A stretch of DNA of 64,000 nt. It comes from Hamiltosporidium tvaerminnensis FI-OER-3-3. Taxonomy: Eukaryota > Fungi > Microsporidia. The notes beneath the pieces were generated by a model, which did no database searches, was not told the origin of the DNA, and worked only from the letters and a program-made list of their open reading frames with translations. Shown here one piece after another: positions 8,661-20,288 of this stretch (the first letter of the stretch is position 1; every line of letters starts with the position of its first letter). A program made the translations under genes and the position numbers. Location: NCBI GenBank assembly GCA_022605425.2, contig CM061247.1, positions 1,364,001 through 1,428,000 on the forward strand, written 5' to 3'.

Positions 8661-10943
8661 CGCTTGAGCCCAAGATGTTAGCTGGTTATTGTGCGATTGT
8701 AACAACAAGACTAGATCTGATTAATCAATAAAACTTGATTATATCTTCCTTTTTTAAACATTTTATATTGTAAATTGTAAATATTAAAAGTTCTAAATTA
8801 AAAAGTTTAAACTACCATATAGGTTTCGTTTTCTTATCTATTGAGTTATTTAAATTACGTTTAGAATTTTTTTGCTTTTCAATCTTATAAAACTCTTAAT
8901 CATAAGCATCTCAAATTTTTTTATAGATTCTCCAAGTTTTAGTAATTTTCTATATATTAGTGCTTCTGCCGCATTTCATATAATTTATTCCAAATCAAGT
9001 AAATTTTCAAGAAATAAGACACGAGTACTCGACATTATGCTAATCTCAATTGTTTACTCACCGCATTATCATAAAATTTTTAAAATTTACCTTTGTGTAT
9101 CTTAAGAGTGCGAAAAATGTGTTGTGAAAAGAATTTCCGAAAAAAGTTTAAATTGATTTACAATATTTTGTTTAAATTTTTTATTTATTTACTTTTAATA
9201 AACAAATTCAACTATCATAGCCTTTAGATACAAAGAATGTAATTTATTACAGAATTCAAAACCACGCTATTCAAAAACAATCAAAGAAACATGTTTCTGG
9301 CTATGAAATTCAAGAAAATTTTATTTTATGGCTTAAAATCATATATAATATCTGGTTGAAAGCTTATTTTCGTTTTCAAGCGCAGATACGCTTCAAAATG
9401 CTAGTTTTATGATGTAAAACTATTTTGGTTACGCATTTCTTTTTATGAATATTCTAATAAATAACAGAGTCGACAAATCCATTGCTTTGTTTCCTTAAAA
9501 TATTTTTGAATTAAGAAAATAGAATAAGTAAGAGTTTAAATCATTTTAGGTTTAAAAAATACAAATTTTAAGGAAATTAAGTCGGAGAATAAATATGATT
9601 TCACAGACGAAAAAAATATACCATAAAAGATGTTTTCTTCTTAGGCGATACAGAAATAAAAAGATTCAGATCACAAGTGTCTCTAATATAGTTTACACAT
9701 ACATAAAATACTATCAGACTTTAAATTATGTATAGAGACTCCAAATTCAGCAAACAATTAATTAAAGTTAACAGTTTCAATGGTTCTTAGATAGTAAAAA
9801 GCTAAAAAACCTGTCAATGAACAAATACTTTTTTTAGATCTTTTTAGAATGGGTTTGATTGTATTTAAAACAAAGAAGCTCACAATAATAGTCTATATCC
9901 AAGTAAATTTGTAATCAGATTATAATTTTTTAACTATCATTCTCTTGCATCTACTCCATCAATAAATTATTCTAAATAAATTTCAAGTGCGTATAACGAA
10001 ACAGTAGAAATTCGAACAAACATCTCACAAACCATGTTTTCCTATTCGAGACAAACTTTTTTAATAATTTATTTCTTGATAGTCTAATCTTAAACACAAA
10101 AACTTAAAACTGTGTTTTTTTTAGTGAGATTTATCAACAGTTATTTAGGTAATATCAATGTAAATTCTTCAAATTAAACTATTTAAAGTACTTCGAAGTA
10201 AAATGAAAAAATTTAAATGCAAATAATTCAGATATTGCGACGAGATGACGTAAAAAACCAAAATTATAAAAAAATTTCCAAATAAATTTAAAATATTCAG
10301 AATTACATAGGGAAATTAATAAAAATATTTATTTTTCATATTTTAAAAGATTATATTCGCTTTAGATTGATTGTATAAAATAATACCTTTGCGATGAATA
10401 CAAAGACTAAAAATTATTCTTAAGAATCTTTTTACAAGAATTCAGTGCTTAGAGTAACAGGAAATTTTAAAAATATTCCATTAAAAAAAACAATAATGAG
10501 ATGAATCTATATGATAAGCCTAATGAAGAGTTTTTAGATCATTTTTGTTTTATTATCGACTCAAAAGTTTTAAATTTTTATATTTTTTCAATTATTTACA
10601 AGAAAATTTTCATTTTTTTTAATTCTATAATATACACAAATATCTTAAGAATGATAGAACTGTACAACGAGATTAGATAAATTTTCTAAAATAAAACTTC
10701 CGATTTTTTTGCTTTACTAAGCCATGAGGTCTTTTAAAAGAAATCTAATCAATAGTAAATAAAACAATAAAAACCTGACATGAATTGGTCTAAGAGAATA
10801 TTTTACTAAAAAAAAGTATTAAAAAACATTAAATCAAGAAATAATTAAAAATATGTGATTTGGTAGACCTGAATTCAAAATTAGATAATATTTAGAAAAC
10901 TAACATTTTAAAAGATTTTTATTTATATTTATTTCACTAATCA

Positions 10944-11677
10944 AAGGTGGAGGGAGGATAACCATATAAAAAACTTTCTGCTTGGCAATGAGTGTGTGAA
11001 ACTGGTGTGAGGTAATTGTTTGGATTTTTAGTGGGAATAAAAACACACTACTTCTTTGGTTGATCCGTGGGAGTTGTTATGAAGAGGAGAGATCTAAGAA
11101 ATGGAGAAACTTTTTCTACAAATTTATTTGTAGTTTTTTATGTAACCAGATTACAGATCGCAGCTGAACATGTAGGTAATTGCCATGTAAAAGCAAGAAA
11201 ACCTAGCTTTACTCACTCGAGTTAGAAGACTTAGCGTCTGGGAGATATAAAAAACAAAAACCATTTAAAACCGTGAGAGCTAAGTAGCAGGTTATAATTG
11301 TTGGTATGACATTGCACTGTCTAGGTGGACCCCATTTAAATATCTGAAATATATCTTAGCTAGAAGTTTATTGGGTTCAGAAAGTGTAGAGTAAGTGAAA
11401 ATGCTGCATAGTCTTGGGGGAGCCCAGGGGTGGGGGCTTCGGCCTTCGATCACACTCTATACAACGGACAGTAACGAACTCCGGGCAACTGCCTCGCCTA
11501 TTAATTAGGTTCTACACACCTTGTAGACGAAAGGCTTTGGGATTTAGGTATCGCAGGGGTTACCGATGGAATGTTGGTAGCAGTTATTTATTTTAAACCT
11601 AGAACTGCGTTATGGTATGAAAACAAATATAACACTTGCCACTGTTTTAAAAAGATGTGATACTTTTAATTAAAGTA
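10944..11677 (+). mobile_element. Unclassified ~734-bp non-coding structured element, copy A
   Basis: Near-identical to the reverse complement of 46211-46941; flanked by the exact 13-bp direct repeat ATTTCACTAATCA (10931-10943, 11678-11690); no TIRs, no long ORF. Confidence 0.85.
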
Positions 11678-11846
11678 ATTTCACTAATCACAATTTCTTA
11701 AACTTTTAAAAAAATAAATTCAGATTGAAACTTATATTGGTAAAAACAAAATTATTTATAAGAAATCAAAGGTTTATATTTAAATTACAAGTAATATAAA
11801 TTTATATTTCAATTTATTTGAATAAAAATATTTGTGTAATTTTTTT

Positions 11847-13889
11847 TTATATTTTTCGTATTTCCATATCTTTTTTTAAATCTTCAATTATAAATTGTGC
11901 ATTTTTCTTTTTAGAAAGTTTTTGAACTAAATTTTCAATTATTTCTTGTAAATTTTGTATTTTTAATTTCATTTTTTCATTTTCTTTTGCAAGAATTGTG
12001 TTTCGAGTATTAAGTTGTTTAAATTCATTTGTAAATTCTTCTTTTATACTTTTTAATATATCTGTTCCTTTATCAATATAAGTCTCTAAATCTTTAGTAT
12101 AAAATATATTTTTCAAATATTCTAAAGTTTTTAATTTTTCTTTAATTAGATCATATTCACTTTGTAATTTACATACTTGTTGGTCTTTCTCGTTTATTTC
12201 CAGTTTCAATTTATTATTTACTGATCCGTAATTATTTATTTTTTTATTAAATTCTTTTTCTAATTTTGAAATATATTTTAGATGAATAGAATTTTTATAG
12301 TTAAGAATATCTTTTATCCAATCAAACAAGGATAAATAATTTTTTGTTTCTAAAATTTGATTTAAATTGGAAATAAGCAAATCTTTATTTTTTTTATACT
12401 TTTTTTTAGATTCTATTGTTTCTAATATTTTATCTGTTTTAAATAAATTTGTTAAAAATTCTTTTATCATTTCTTTTTCAAATTTGAAAGTTTCTTTGTA
12501 TTCTTCAGTAAATTTTTCTTTTAAACAGAAAAATAATTCTGTTATCATCAGTTTTATTTCTTTAATAGATTTTACTTTTTTTTTACTTTCAAAACCAAAT
12601 AAATTATAAATATTTTTCAAACTTAATAATATTTCTTCTAATATGTTATTTTCGGGTTCATTTAATTTTTCTATTTCAATTGAGTTATTTTTTGGTGGAC
12701 GCGGTTTAAAATTTTCATTTTTTTTATGACTTTGTTTTGTATTAATCAATCCGTGGTTGTCTTTATCCTTTGATATCCCCGAGCATTCAATATAATTTTC
12801 ATTTTCTATTGAATTTATCAAATTGTAGTTGTCTTTATCCTTTGATATCCCCGAGAATTCAATATAATTTTCATTTTCTATTGGATTTATCAAATTGTAG
12901 TTGTTTTCATTATTTATTATTTCAGGGCATTCAATATAATTTTCATTTTCTATTGGATTTATCAAATTGTAGTTGTTTTCATTATTTATTATGTCTGGGC
13001 ATTCAATATCATTTTTATAGTTTAATATTTTATTTTCTTCAATATTTTTTAAAGGTAATTTTTTTTCATTTTCAAAATTAGAATTATTTATATTTTGAAA
13101 TTCACAGAATTCTTCATTTTTTTCTGATGAAATTCCCTTTCGATTGGCTTTTTCATTTTCATACATTTCTTTACTTTCCTTTATTTTTACAGATAAATTT
13201 TTTTTAAACTTTTTTTCTTTACAAATTTTATGATTTAAATCATAATTTGATGATAAAGAAGATAAATGGCTAAAACTATTCGTTTCTTCTTTATTAAAAT
13301 CAATTATTGAATTTAATGAATTGGATTCGTAAATAATTTCATTCAATTCAAATGTTTTTGTTGATAAATCATAATTTCTATTGATTATTTTTACTTCAGT
13401 TTCACCTTTTTTTTCTTTAAATACTTCCCTATCAGATATCATCATAGCAATATTCTTTCCATTTCCATTTGTATTTATTTCAAAATTATTATTTTTTTCA
13501 ATTCTATTTTCATTTATTTCCAATTTATTATTTGCCCGCATATCAAATTTAGTATTTTCTCCAATTATATTTTCCTGCTTTTCTTTAGAAATAAAAAATT
13601 TATTTTGGTTAAATTCTTCAGTTTCTTTACAATTTGTATCAATTAAATTATTACTTTGATTAGATATTTCAATAAGACTTTCCAATTCAAAAGTATTTCC
13701 TTGCTTAATATTTACTTCTAAAATATTTTCTTTTTCACTAAAATTCTCATCATTTTCTCTAATTAGAGCACTATTTACATTGTAATTTGTATTTTTGGAA
13801 GTTTTATATTCTGATCGATTTATTTCTTCTCTTTTTAGTTTTTTTGGTGTGTGTATTAATATACTTCTTAATGATTGTCGCCTTTTCAT
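11847..13889 (-). CDS. Hypothetical 680-aa N/E/K-rich protein with a C-terminal coiled coil
   Basis: Long ORF; CCC upstream of ATG; internal 23-aa (69-bp) repeats NYNLINPIENENYIEC at ~12750-13010; heptad-like C-terminus. Confidence 0.85.
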   Translation of the reverse strand: MKRRQSLRSILIHTPKKLKREEINRSEYKTSKNTNYNVNSALIRENDENFSEKENILEVNIKQGNTFELESLIEISNQSNNLIDTNCKETEEFNQNKFFISKEKQENIIGENTKFDMRANNKLEINENRIEKNNNFEINTNGNGKNIAMMISDREVFKEKKGETEVKIINRNYDLSTKTFELNEIIYESNSLNSIIDFNKEETNSFSHLSSLSSNYDLNHKICKEKKFKKNLSVKIKESKEMYENEKANRKGISSEKNEEFCEFQNINNSNFENEKKLPLKNIEENKILNYKNDIECPDIINNENNYNLINPIENENYIECPEIINNENNYNLINPIENENYIEFSGISKDKDNYNLINSIENENYIECSGISKDKDNHGLINTKQSHKKNENFKPRPPKNNSIEIEKLNEPENNILEEILLSLKNIYNLFGFESKKKVKSIKEIKLMITELFFCLKEKFTEEYKETFKFEKEMIKEFLTNLFKTDKILETIESKKKYKKNKDLLISNLNQILETKNYLSLFDWIKDILNYKNSIHLKYISKLEKEFNKKINNYGSVNNKLKLEINEKDQQVCKLQSEYDLIKEKLKTLEYLKNIFYTKDLETYIDKGTDILKSIKEEFTNEFKQLNTRNTILAKENEKMKLKIQNLQEIIENLVQKLSKKKNAQFIIEDLKKDMEIRKI

Positions 13890-14554
13890 TTTTTAGTCTA
13901 AGGGTTGCATAAAATTAAAAATCTTTTTAAAAAAAAAAGGAAATAAAAAATTTTATAAGAAAGTTTTATATTTTCTTTGAAAGTTAGATAAATTGAATTA
14001 TTAATTTGTTATCTGAGTACATCTTAGTATGTTGGTATTAGATTATTGAGAATTTGTTATGATATTAATTAATTTATTATTATATGATATAATTATATTT
14101 GGAAATAGGAATTTTAGTTAGTGGAATTATGAAACCCTAGTGGATAAAATATTAGTACATTAGAAGATAGAAGCATGACATAATGGAGAATAGAGAAAGA
14201 TATTTAAGGAGGTACAGGCTCTCCGAGAAGTATGGCATCATCTAGTAGTAGATAATATATTTACTTTAATGAAGGAAAGTAAACAAGTAAGAATTATTTT
14301 GTTTTAAAATAATTTGGGTAGTTTCAATTGCAAAGAATTTATCTATAGAATTAGATAGATCTGATGGATATGCAATATTTTTTTTAAATAAAGGCAAACC
14401 TTTTTTTTATTTTATTCTAGAGTTAATTAACTCACCAATATCAAAATGGAAAATTGATATATCAGTAAAATTGAGAAAAGGATGAAATAAAGTGATGTAA
14501 TGTAAAATTTAATTGTTTAATATATTACATTTATATCATTTTTTAGGTATTCAT

Positions 14555-14700
14555 AGGTTGTGGAATAATAAGCACATTAGAAACTATCTGTTTGTTAATG
14601 AGTGTGTAGAAGAGATGTGAAAATCATTTCTGACGTTTTGATGGGATATAATCTCACTGGATCTATAAGCCAATCTTCTATAATCCCGTGTTCTAACAGA
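14555..14700 (+). mobile_element. Degenerate 5' fragment of the 734-bp element (copy D)
   Basis: aggttgtggaataataagcacattagaaactatctgtttgttaatgagtgtgtagaagagatgtg aligns to the element start aggtggagggaggataaccatataaaaaactttctgcttggcaatgagtgtgtgaaactggtgtg. Confidence 0.55.
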
Positions 14701-15284
14701 TTAGAAGAAACAAATGGAAGACTTCCATTGATCATCGACACTGAGAAGTAAAATAGGAATAGAATAAGTAAGTAAGTGTTGAAAAAACTAAACTTTCCGC
14801 TTATTATAATTCTTTGAAAAGGTGAAAAATCAATTTTAAATCAAAAGAGAATTTTTTTTGTTAGACTCTAAACCTCAATGTTTTATTTGACCATATATTT
14901 ATTTCTATGGTTTATAAAATTCAAAGGGGAATGTTTTCTGTTAGAATTGAATATTTAATGTTATAGTTTATAAGTATCTTTATACAGTTTTTTAGTTGTT
15001 AAACCCGTGAAAATTATGTTTCTTACCACATAGTTCGTTCATGTTTAATAAAAAAATTCTTCAGGAAAGATATATTTATTCAAAACATATTAAATTTATA
15101 TTTATCCTTGGCCAATAAATTACTTATCTTTGATTATCATATCTAACAATGTCAGATAAGTCAATGTAGATAATATCATGAGGTAATTGAATGAAAGGAT
15201 AACGAATTATACAACTTGAAGCACATTTACAAAGAATAAATATGTATTGAATTAAAAAATAATAGCAAAGGTAATTTGTGTATA

Positions 15285-15412
15285 TTTGCGTGAAGCTGAA
15301 AAACTAACCTATCAAAAGAAAATTTTCTTTGGAACGCCTATAATTTGGCAAAACTATGGTTCATCGTTGGATTGTGTTCTATCCGTAGTGAAAGTGCGAG
15401 CTATTAAATAAA
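15285..15412 (+). mobile_element. 3' half of a tRNA-derived SINE (same family as 31241-31470)
   Basis: tttgcgtgaagctga...tggaacgcctataa...tgttctatccg...cgagctattaaa matches the reverse complement of 31245-31370. Confidence 0.65.
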
Positions 15413-16402
15413 TGAATCTGAGTATATTTATATTAGAATTATTATATGTTCTTGGTAAATATTGTTTATTTATTCATCGATATGAATTTATTTTTGGAGA
15501 AATATTTTTCAAAGATGAAAAAATTTATTTCAGAATTATTATCAATATAGCGATTATATTTAGACTTCTAAATAAGAATATCAAAAAATAATTAAATCTT
15601 AAAATGCTCAAACAATTTGATTGATTATTTTTTTTCAAATGGTTCCATGTATAATCATGCCTCTTCATACCACAAAACATGGAACCGATTTTGTTAAAGA
15701 TTTTTTAAGTTGAAAACTAGTAGAAATAAATATTCTTAAAACAACTAATATATTTCTATAAGAAATTATATGAACATGTATTAATTATAAGAAATGTCCG
15801 CCGAGCTATAAATATTTTTGAAAGAAAATCTATTATTCACAATTATTTAATTTATTATTTTTAATAATATCAAAACAGGTAAATAGGATTATTTTCGATT
15901 TTCAAATTTAAGAAGAATCACATTTCGTTTTAGAATATTGTGGGAAAAAATATAAATGTAAATATTCCAACCAGAAAAATCTATTTTTCATTTATTTCAC
16001 ACATAATACATCATATTGTGAGCGTAAAAGTTAAATTAAGTTACATTGAATCCATAAGTTTCAAAAACAAAAATTTAAATTCATGTTTTACTAGAAAATG
16101 TTTTAATTCGTCTAAATGAGCGCAAATCTTTTGTGTTTTAATTCATTTTTTAGTTTTATAATTGATAATATATTCATTTGACTTAAATTTCGCCTTTTTA
16201 GAGTAATATATGTCCGTACTAATATAATAGATCAATTAAAATTAACAAAAAAATAAATATTGTAAATTAATCGGTTCAAATTAATTGAACTAAAAAATTT
16301 TGTAAAATTCTGATATTATAATATTATGGTTATTACACATTTTATAAATTTAGAAAATTTAATTCTAAAATTATTACAAAAATTTAGGAACCAATAATTT
16401 AA

Positions 16403-16897
16403 TTAAAGTTGCCCACAATCAGAAATAGAAATCTTGCAGCCTTCCTTTACCTTTCCACTTTGAGATCCATATTTTTCAATCACTTTAACAACATCCATTC
16501 CTGATTCAACTTCACCAAAAACAACATGCTTACCATCCAACCATGGTGTTTTTGCCGTTGTAATGAAAAACTGTGATCCATTGGTATGTGGACCCGCATT
16601 GGCCATAGAAAGCATGCCTGGTTTGGTATGCTTTAGTTGAAAATTTTCATCATTAAATTTTCTTCCATAAATACTAGCACCGCCTGTTCCATCGTGATTT
16701 GTAAAATCACCACCTTGAATCATAAAATCAGGAATAATTCTATGAAACGTTGAATCTTTATATGTCATGCCTTTTTCGCCCGTACATAAACACCTAAAGT
16801 TCTCGACAGTTTTTGGTACAACATCATCGCGCAAATTTATAACGATTCTTCCTAGTTGTTTCTCGTTACAGCTCACATCAAAAAATACTTTTACCAT
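16403..16897 (-). CDS. Cyclophilin-type peptidyl-prolyl cis-trans isomerase (cyclophilin A-like)
   Basis: [59 protein letters not shown]; CCCCC upstream of ATG. Confidence 0.98.
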   Translation of the reverse strand: MVKVFFDVSCNEKQLGRIVINLRDDVVPKTVENFRCLCTGEKGMTYKDSTFHRIIPDFMIQGGDFTNHDGTGGASIYGRKFNDENFQLKHTKPGMLSMANAGPHTNGSQFFITTAKTPWLDGKHVVFGEVESGMDVVKVIEKYGSQSGKVKEGCKISISDCGQL

Positions 16898-17003
16898 ATG
16901 TAGGGGGCTTAGATAAAAAAATATAAATTATTTCTTTCAAATAGGAATTAAAAATCGTTTTTCAAATATTTTTTTTCTTCAAAATTAATACATGAAAAAA
17001 ATA

Positions 17004-17720
17004 TTTTTTATTTGACAACTATCATACCCCTATTGAAGTGATATATTTTATTTTGTTTTCATTACATAAACGGAATTTTAGATTTGGAATAGATGACTGC
17101 TCTTTCGATAGTCCATTAGCATTCTTTAGTATCCCAAAGCCTTTCGTCTAATATGCGTGTAGAACCGGTTTAATGGGCAAGGCACCTGTCTGGTGTTTGT
17201 TAATGTCCGTTACCAGGTGTGTGGTTTCGAGTTGAAACCCAAATTAGGCAACTCGAAATTAACAAAAATCTAACCTACTCATTATTTTTCGAACCGAATA
17301 GACTTCCTCTTAAGATATATCTCGGCGACTTACATGGAGAACACTTTAACGTGCAATACCATACGAATAGAATCTGCACTTGGTTTTCCTGGCTTTTTGC
17401 AATTTATGTATATACTTGTTCATTGAGACGTCAATTCTTCTAAGCCGAGTCAAAAAGACTAGGTTTCTATGTATTTACATGGTAATCATCTACAGGTTCA
17501 GTTATAGTCACCAATCTAGTTACATCTTCAACTACAAACATCTTTGTAAAAAGGTTGCACGATTTTTTTGGTTTTTTCCTACTTATGCAAAGCTCAATAG
17601 AAGATCCAAAAACTTAGATTGGTTTGCATTCCTTCAAAAATTTAAAAAATAATTTTCATACCAATTTTATCTAGTCTTTTCCAAATGAATAGTTGTTAGT
17701 GTGTTCATTCCACTCTACTA
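17004..17720 (-). mobile_element. Old, diverged full-length copy (C) of the 734-bp element
   Basis: Colinear blocks shared with copy B: cccaaagcctttc.tcta, gttaatgtccgtt, taagatatat, ttacatgg, gtgcaat, ttcctggcttt, ctaggtttc, aactacaaa. Ends approximate, TSD not resolvable. Confidence 0.75.
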
Positions 17721-17812
17721 TCGAAAAAATGAAATAATTATTTCTATAAAAAAATATTTGATAAATTAAAAAGCTATAGCACAAATTTTTATGCAATCTA
17801 AAATAAAATATT

Positions 17813-18310
17813 TTATTTTTTAAAAAATCTGTTTTTCTTTAATCTGTTACCAAACAAATAATAATCTACATTGTCGTGTGTAAATACAAAATTATTAATA
17901 CTTTTTGGATATTTTTTTATTTTGTTCAGTATATCAATCATTACAAACACGTTTTCTCGTTCTTCAATAACAATGCCTTCACACCTTTTATTTTCTTTTT
18001 TAAATTTTAAAAAGGCACCCGTAAGTTCTGCTTTGTATAATACCGGCAAAAAGAGTGTTGGTGATAAATTTACTTTCATTTCTTTTATATACTCAGTATG
18101 CAATACATTTATTTCTGTGAATTGGTCATATGTCAATCCATCATAATTTAAATTTACAATTCCTCTTTTTTCATTTTGTTTTTCATTTTTTATAAAATCG
18201 GAATTCAAAAAAAATGTTGTGTTGAAGTTATTTAAAGTTTCAGAAGGTGGTAATTTTGAATTTATGTGTTGTTCAATGTTATAATCGAAATTCTCTATTT
18301 TTTTGTACAT
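17813..18310 (-). CDS. POP4: RNase P/MRP subunit p29 (Pop4/Rpp29)
   Basis: LYKAELTGA...CEGIVIEERENVF...KYPK..NFVF...YYLFGNRL fits the Rpp29 pattern (aDlhGa..GIvi.Et.n..pK...F...yG..l). Confidence 0.85.
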   Translation of the reverse strand: MYKKIENFDYNIEQHINSKLPPSETLNNFNTTFFLNSDFIKNEKQNEKRGIVNLNYDGLTYDQFTEINVLHTEYIKEMKVNLSPTLFLPVLYKAELTGAFLKFKKENKRCEGIVIEERENVFVMIDILNKIKKYPKSINNFVFTHDNVDYYLFGNRLKKNRFFKK

Positions 18311-18619
18311 TTACCCTCCGAAATAATGCTTTTTTATTTTGGGTAAAAAAACTAAAGAAAAATGTATTTTTTTTACTCAATTACTTACACTAACCAAAGG
18401 AAGTAATTTTTAAGTAAAAAAGCAGAAAAAAAAATAAAAATTCCATGCTTTAAATCAATATGGGTTTTGGTTCAGTGTAAGTAGTAAGATGAGACAAAAA
18501 AAATTTTAAATTTTTAAATTAATATTTTCTTTTAGATTAAACATATTGATTTTATAATTTAATTTAGAAATTAAAATAAAATGTTTATTATATGAAAATT
18601 CAGTTGTTGTTTATCTTGT

Positions 18620-19060
18620 CCGATTCAAATAAAAAATAGAATTTTCTGAATTAACAGAAATATTTTAGTCCCGAATTTCCTTCTTTGAGATTCTGACACA
18701 TGGCATTTTTGTAAATAAAATTTAAAAACGATTCTCCTTGAATCATAAACTTGTTGCTAAGAAGACAATGAGCAACCTTAATACCTTAATAAATGTATTT
18801 TAATTGAATTCTTACTAATTATAGCAAATGAGTTATATATTTACTTATTCTGGCCATTTAATGTTCCAATGCATGATATTTAGCCCATCACAAATTTTTC
18901 TTGATTTAATTTATCAAACAGCTACATTTTGTCAAAAGTTTTCGCCTTAATATCATATCATTCACTATCTAAGAAAATTATAATAAGCTCTTCTCGATGT
19001 CATAGATAAGAAAATCTTAATAACATGTCTTTTGACCAGTATTCTAACATTGTCATTATA
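18620..19060 (-). pseudogene. Possible highly decayed piggyBac-like transposase fragment
   Basis: Minus-strand fragments LEYWSKD and KFGTKIFLL in the order expected for piggyBac (DYWS..D; KyGiK); many stops. Confidence 0.3.
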
Positions 19061-20288
19061 TATGACTCAATAATAACTACTCGTATTGTTTTATGCGAGT
19101 ATATAATTTCAAAATATAGGTTGCTCAATTGACGACCAAGCTCGTATTTAATTTAACGATAAATTTATTTCTATAAATATTATTGAATCTTTATTTGTCA
19201 AACCAAATGGTAAAATTATTTATGGAAGTTATTTTACGGAAGATAATATTTACCCTTCTAGTGTTCTTAAATTATAAGAACCCCACAACTACTTTGCATA
19301 TTAGAATTTCTAAATATTTTGTGTTATTTTCTGCTTTATAAAGCTTTAATTGGAATAATAGCAAGATGCATTACTGCAGACACTAAAAAAATCGAAAATA
19401 TTATTAGTTAGCTTGGTAAACATCTATACAAGTCTCTGTATTTAATTCATCTTTTTAATTCAAAATATGATCTACTCATTTTTAATAAATTAATTAAATA
19501 CTTCATTTAGACTTTACTCTTCAAAAGCAATTTACAAAAAAATAAAAACATAAATGAATAAAAATGATAAATTACTTGTTTTTTCAGACCGAAAAATTTA
19601 GGAAACCGAAAACATTAAAGAATCAAAGTTGATAAATTAGATTTTGAAAATATTTTATATTCAATCAGCAATAATAGATATACTTAAATACCAGAAAAAA
19701 TATGACATAAATATTTATAGTATTAAATCTTGACATGTGATATGGAAAATAATATTGTAACAAATATCTCAGTTAAATATTAAGTATTTATGAAGAAATT
19801 TACATTGATCTGAACTGGAATAGAGAAAACAGTAAAATAAGCAAGTATTATAATGTTCAAAGAAAATTTATTTTTTTTGCTAAATTTTTCGATTATCAAT
19901 TAAGTTTTTAGAATTTAAATTTGGCTTTAAGCCACCATATCCGCTTATTTTAAATTCATTTTAATTCTTATTTGATATTCATAAGGGGTTTTTACGATGA
20001 AAAAAAATTTTATAACTTTTTTTAAATTCTTTTTTGGTTTTTTAAAACATTTTTTCCAAGAAGAAAAAATATACTTTATGTTTTATTTCATTAATTTTAA
20101 TTTATGAGATAAAATAAAAATAATTCAATTATTGTAAATTTGTTTACTTTTTTTAATACTCATTTCAATTCAAAAGTAAAATTTTACAGAGGAGCGATTA
20201 ATTTTGATTGAAAAATAAGAAATAATTTATTAATTTCAAATTGAAAAAGAAAATAGATCAAGTATTTATTTTTTGCTCGTAGATTTTC

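Noticed and set aside
10944-11110. HDV-like or hammerhead ribozyme at the element 5' end; group I intron P/Q/R/S motifs
   Set aside because: A P1-like pairing exists, but there is no P3/L3 or consistent P2, no CUGANGA core, and the group I-like motifs are out of order.
10944-11677. Element as telomerase RNA templating the AGGGTGTTA repeats
   Set aside because: No UAACACCCU-like template found on either strand.
15330-15700. Chapaev-like transposase remnant (PIIWQ, PLHTT)
   Set aside because: The main match is explained by the SINE copy; the remainder is too weak.
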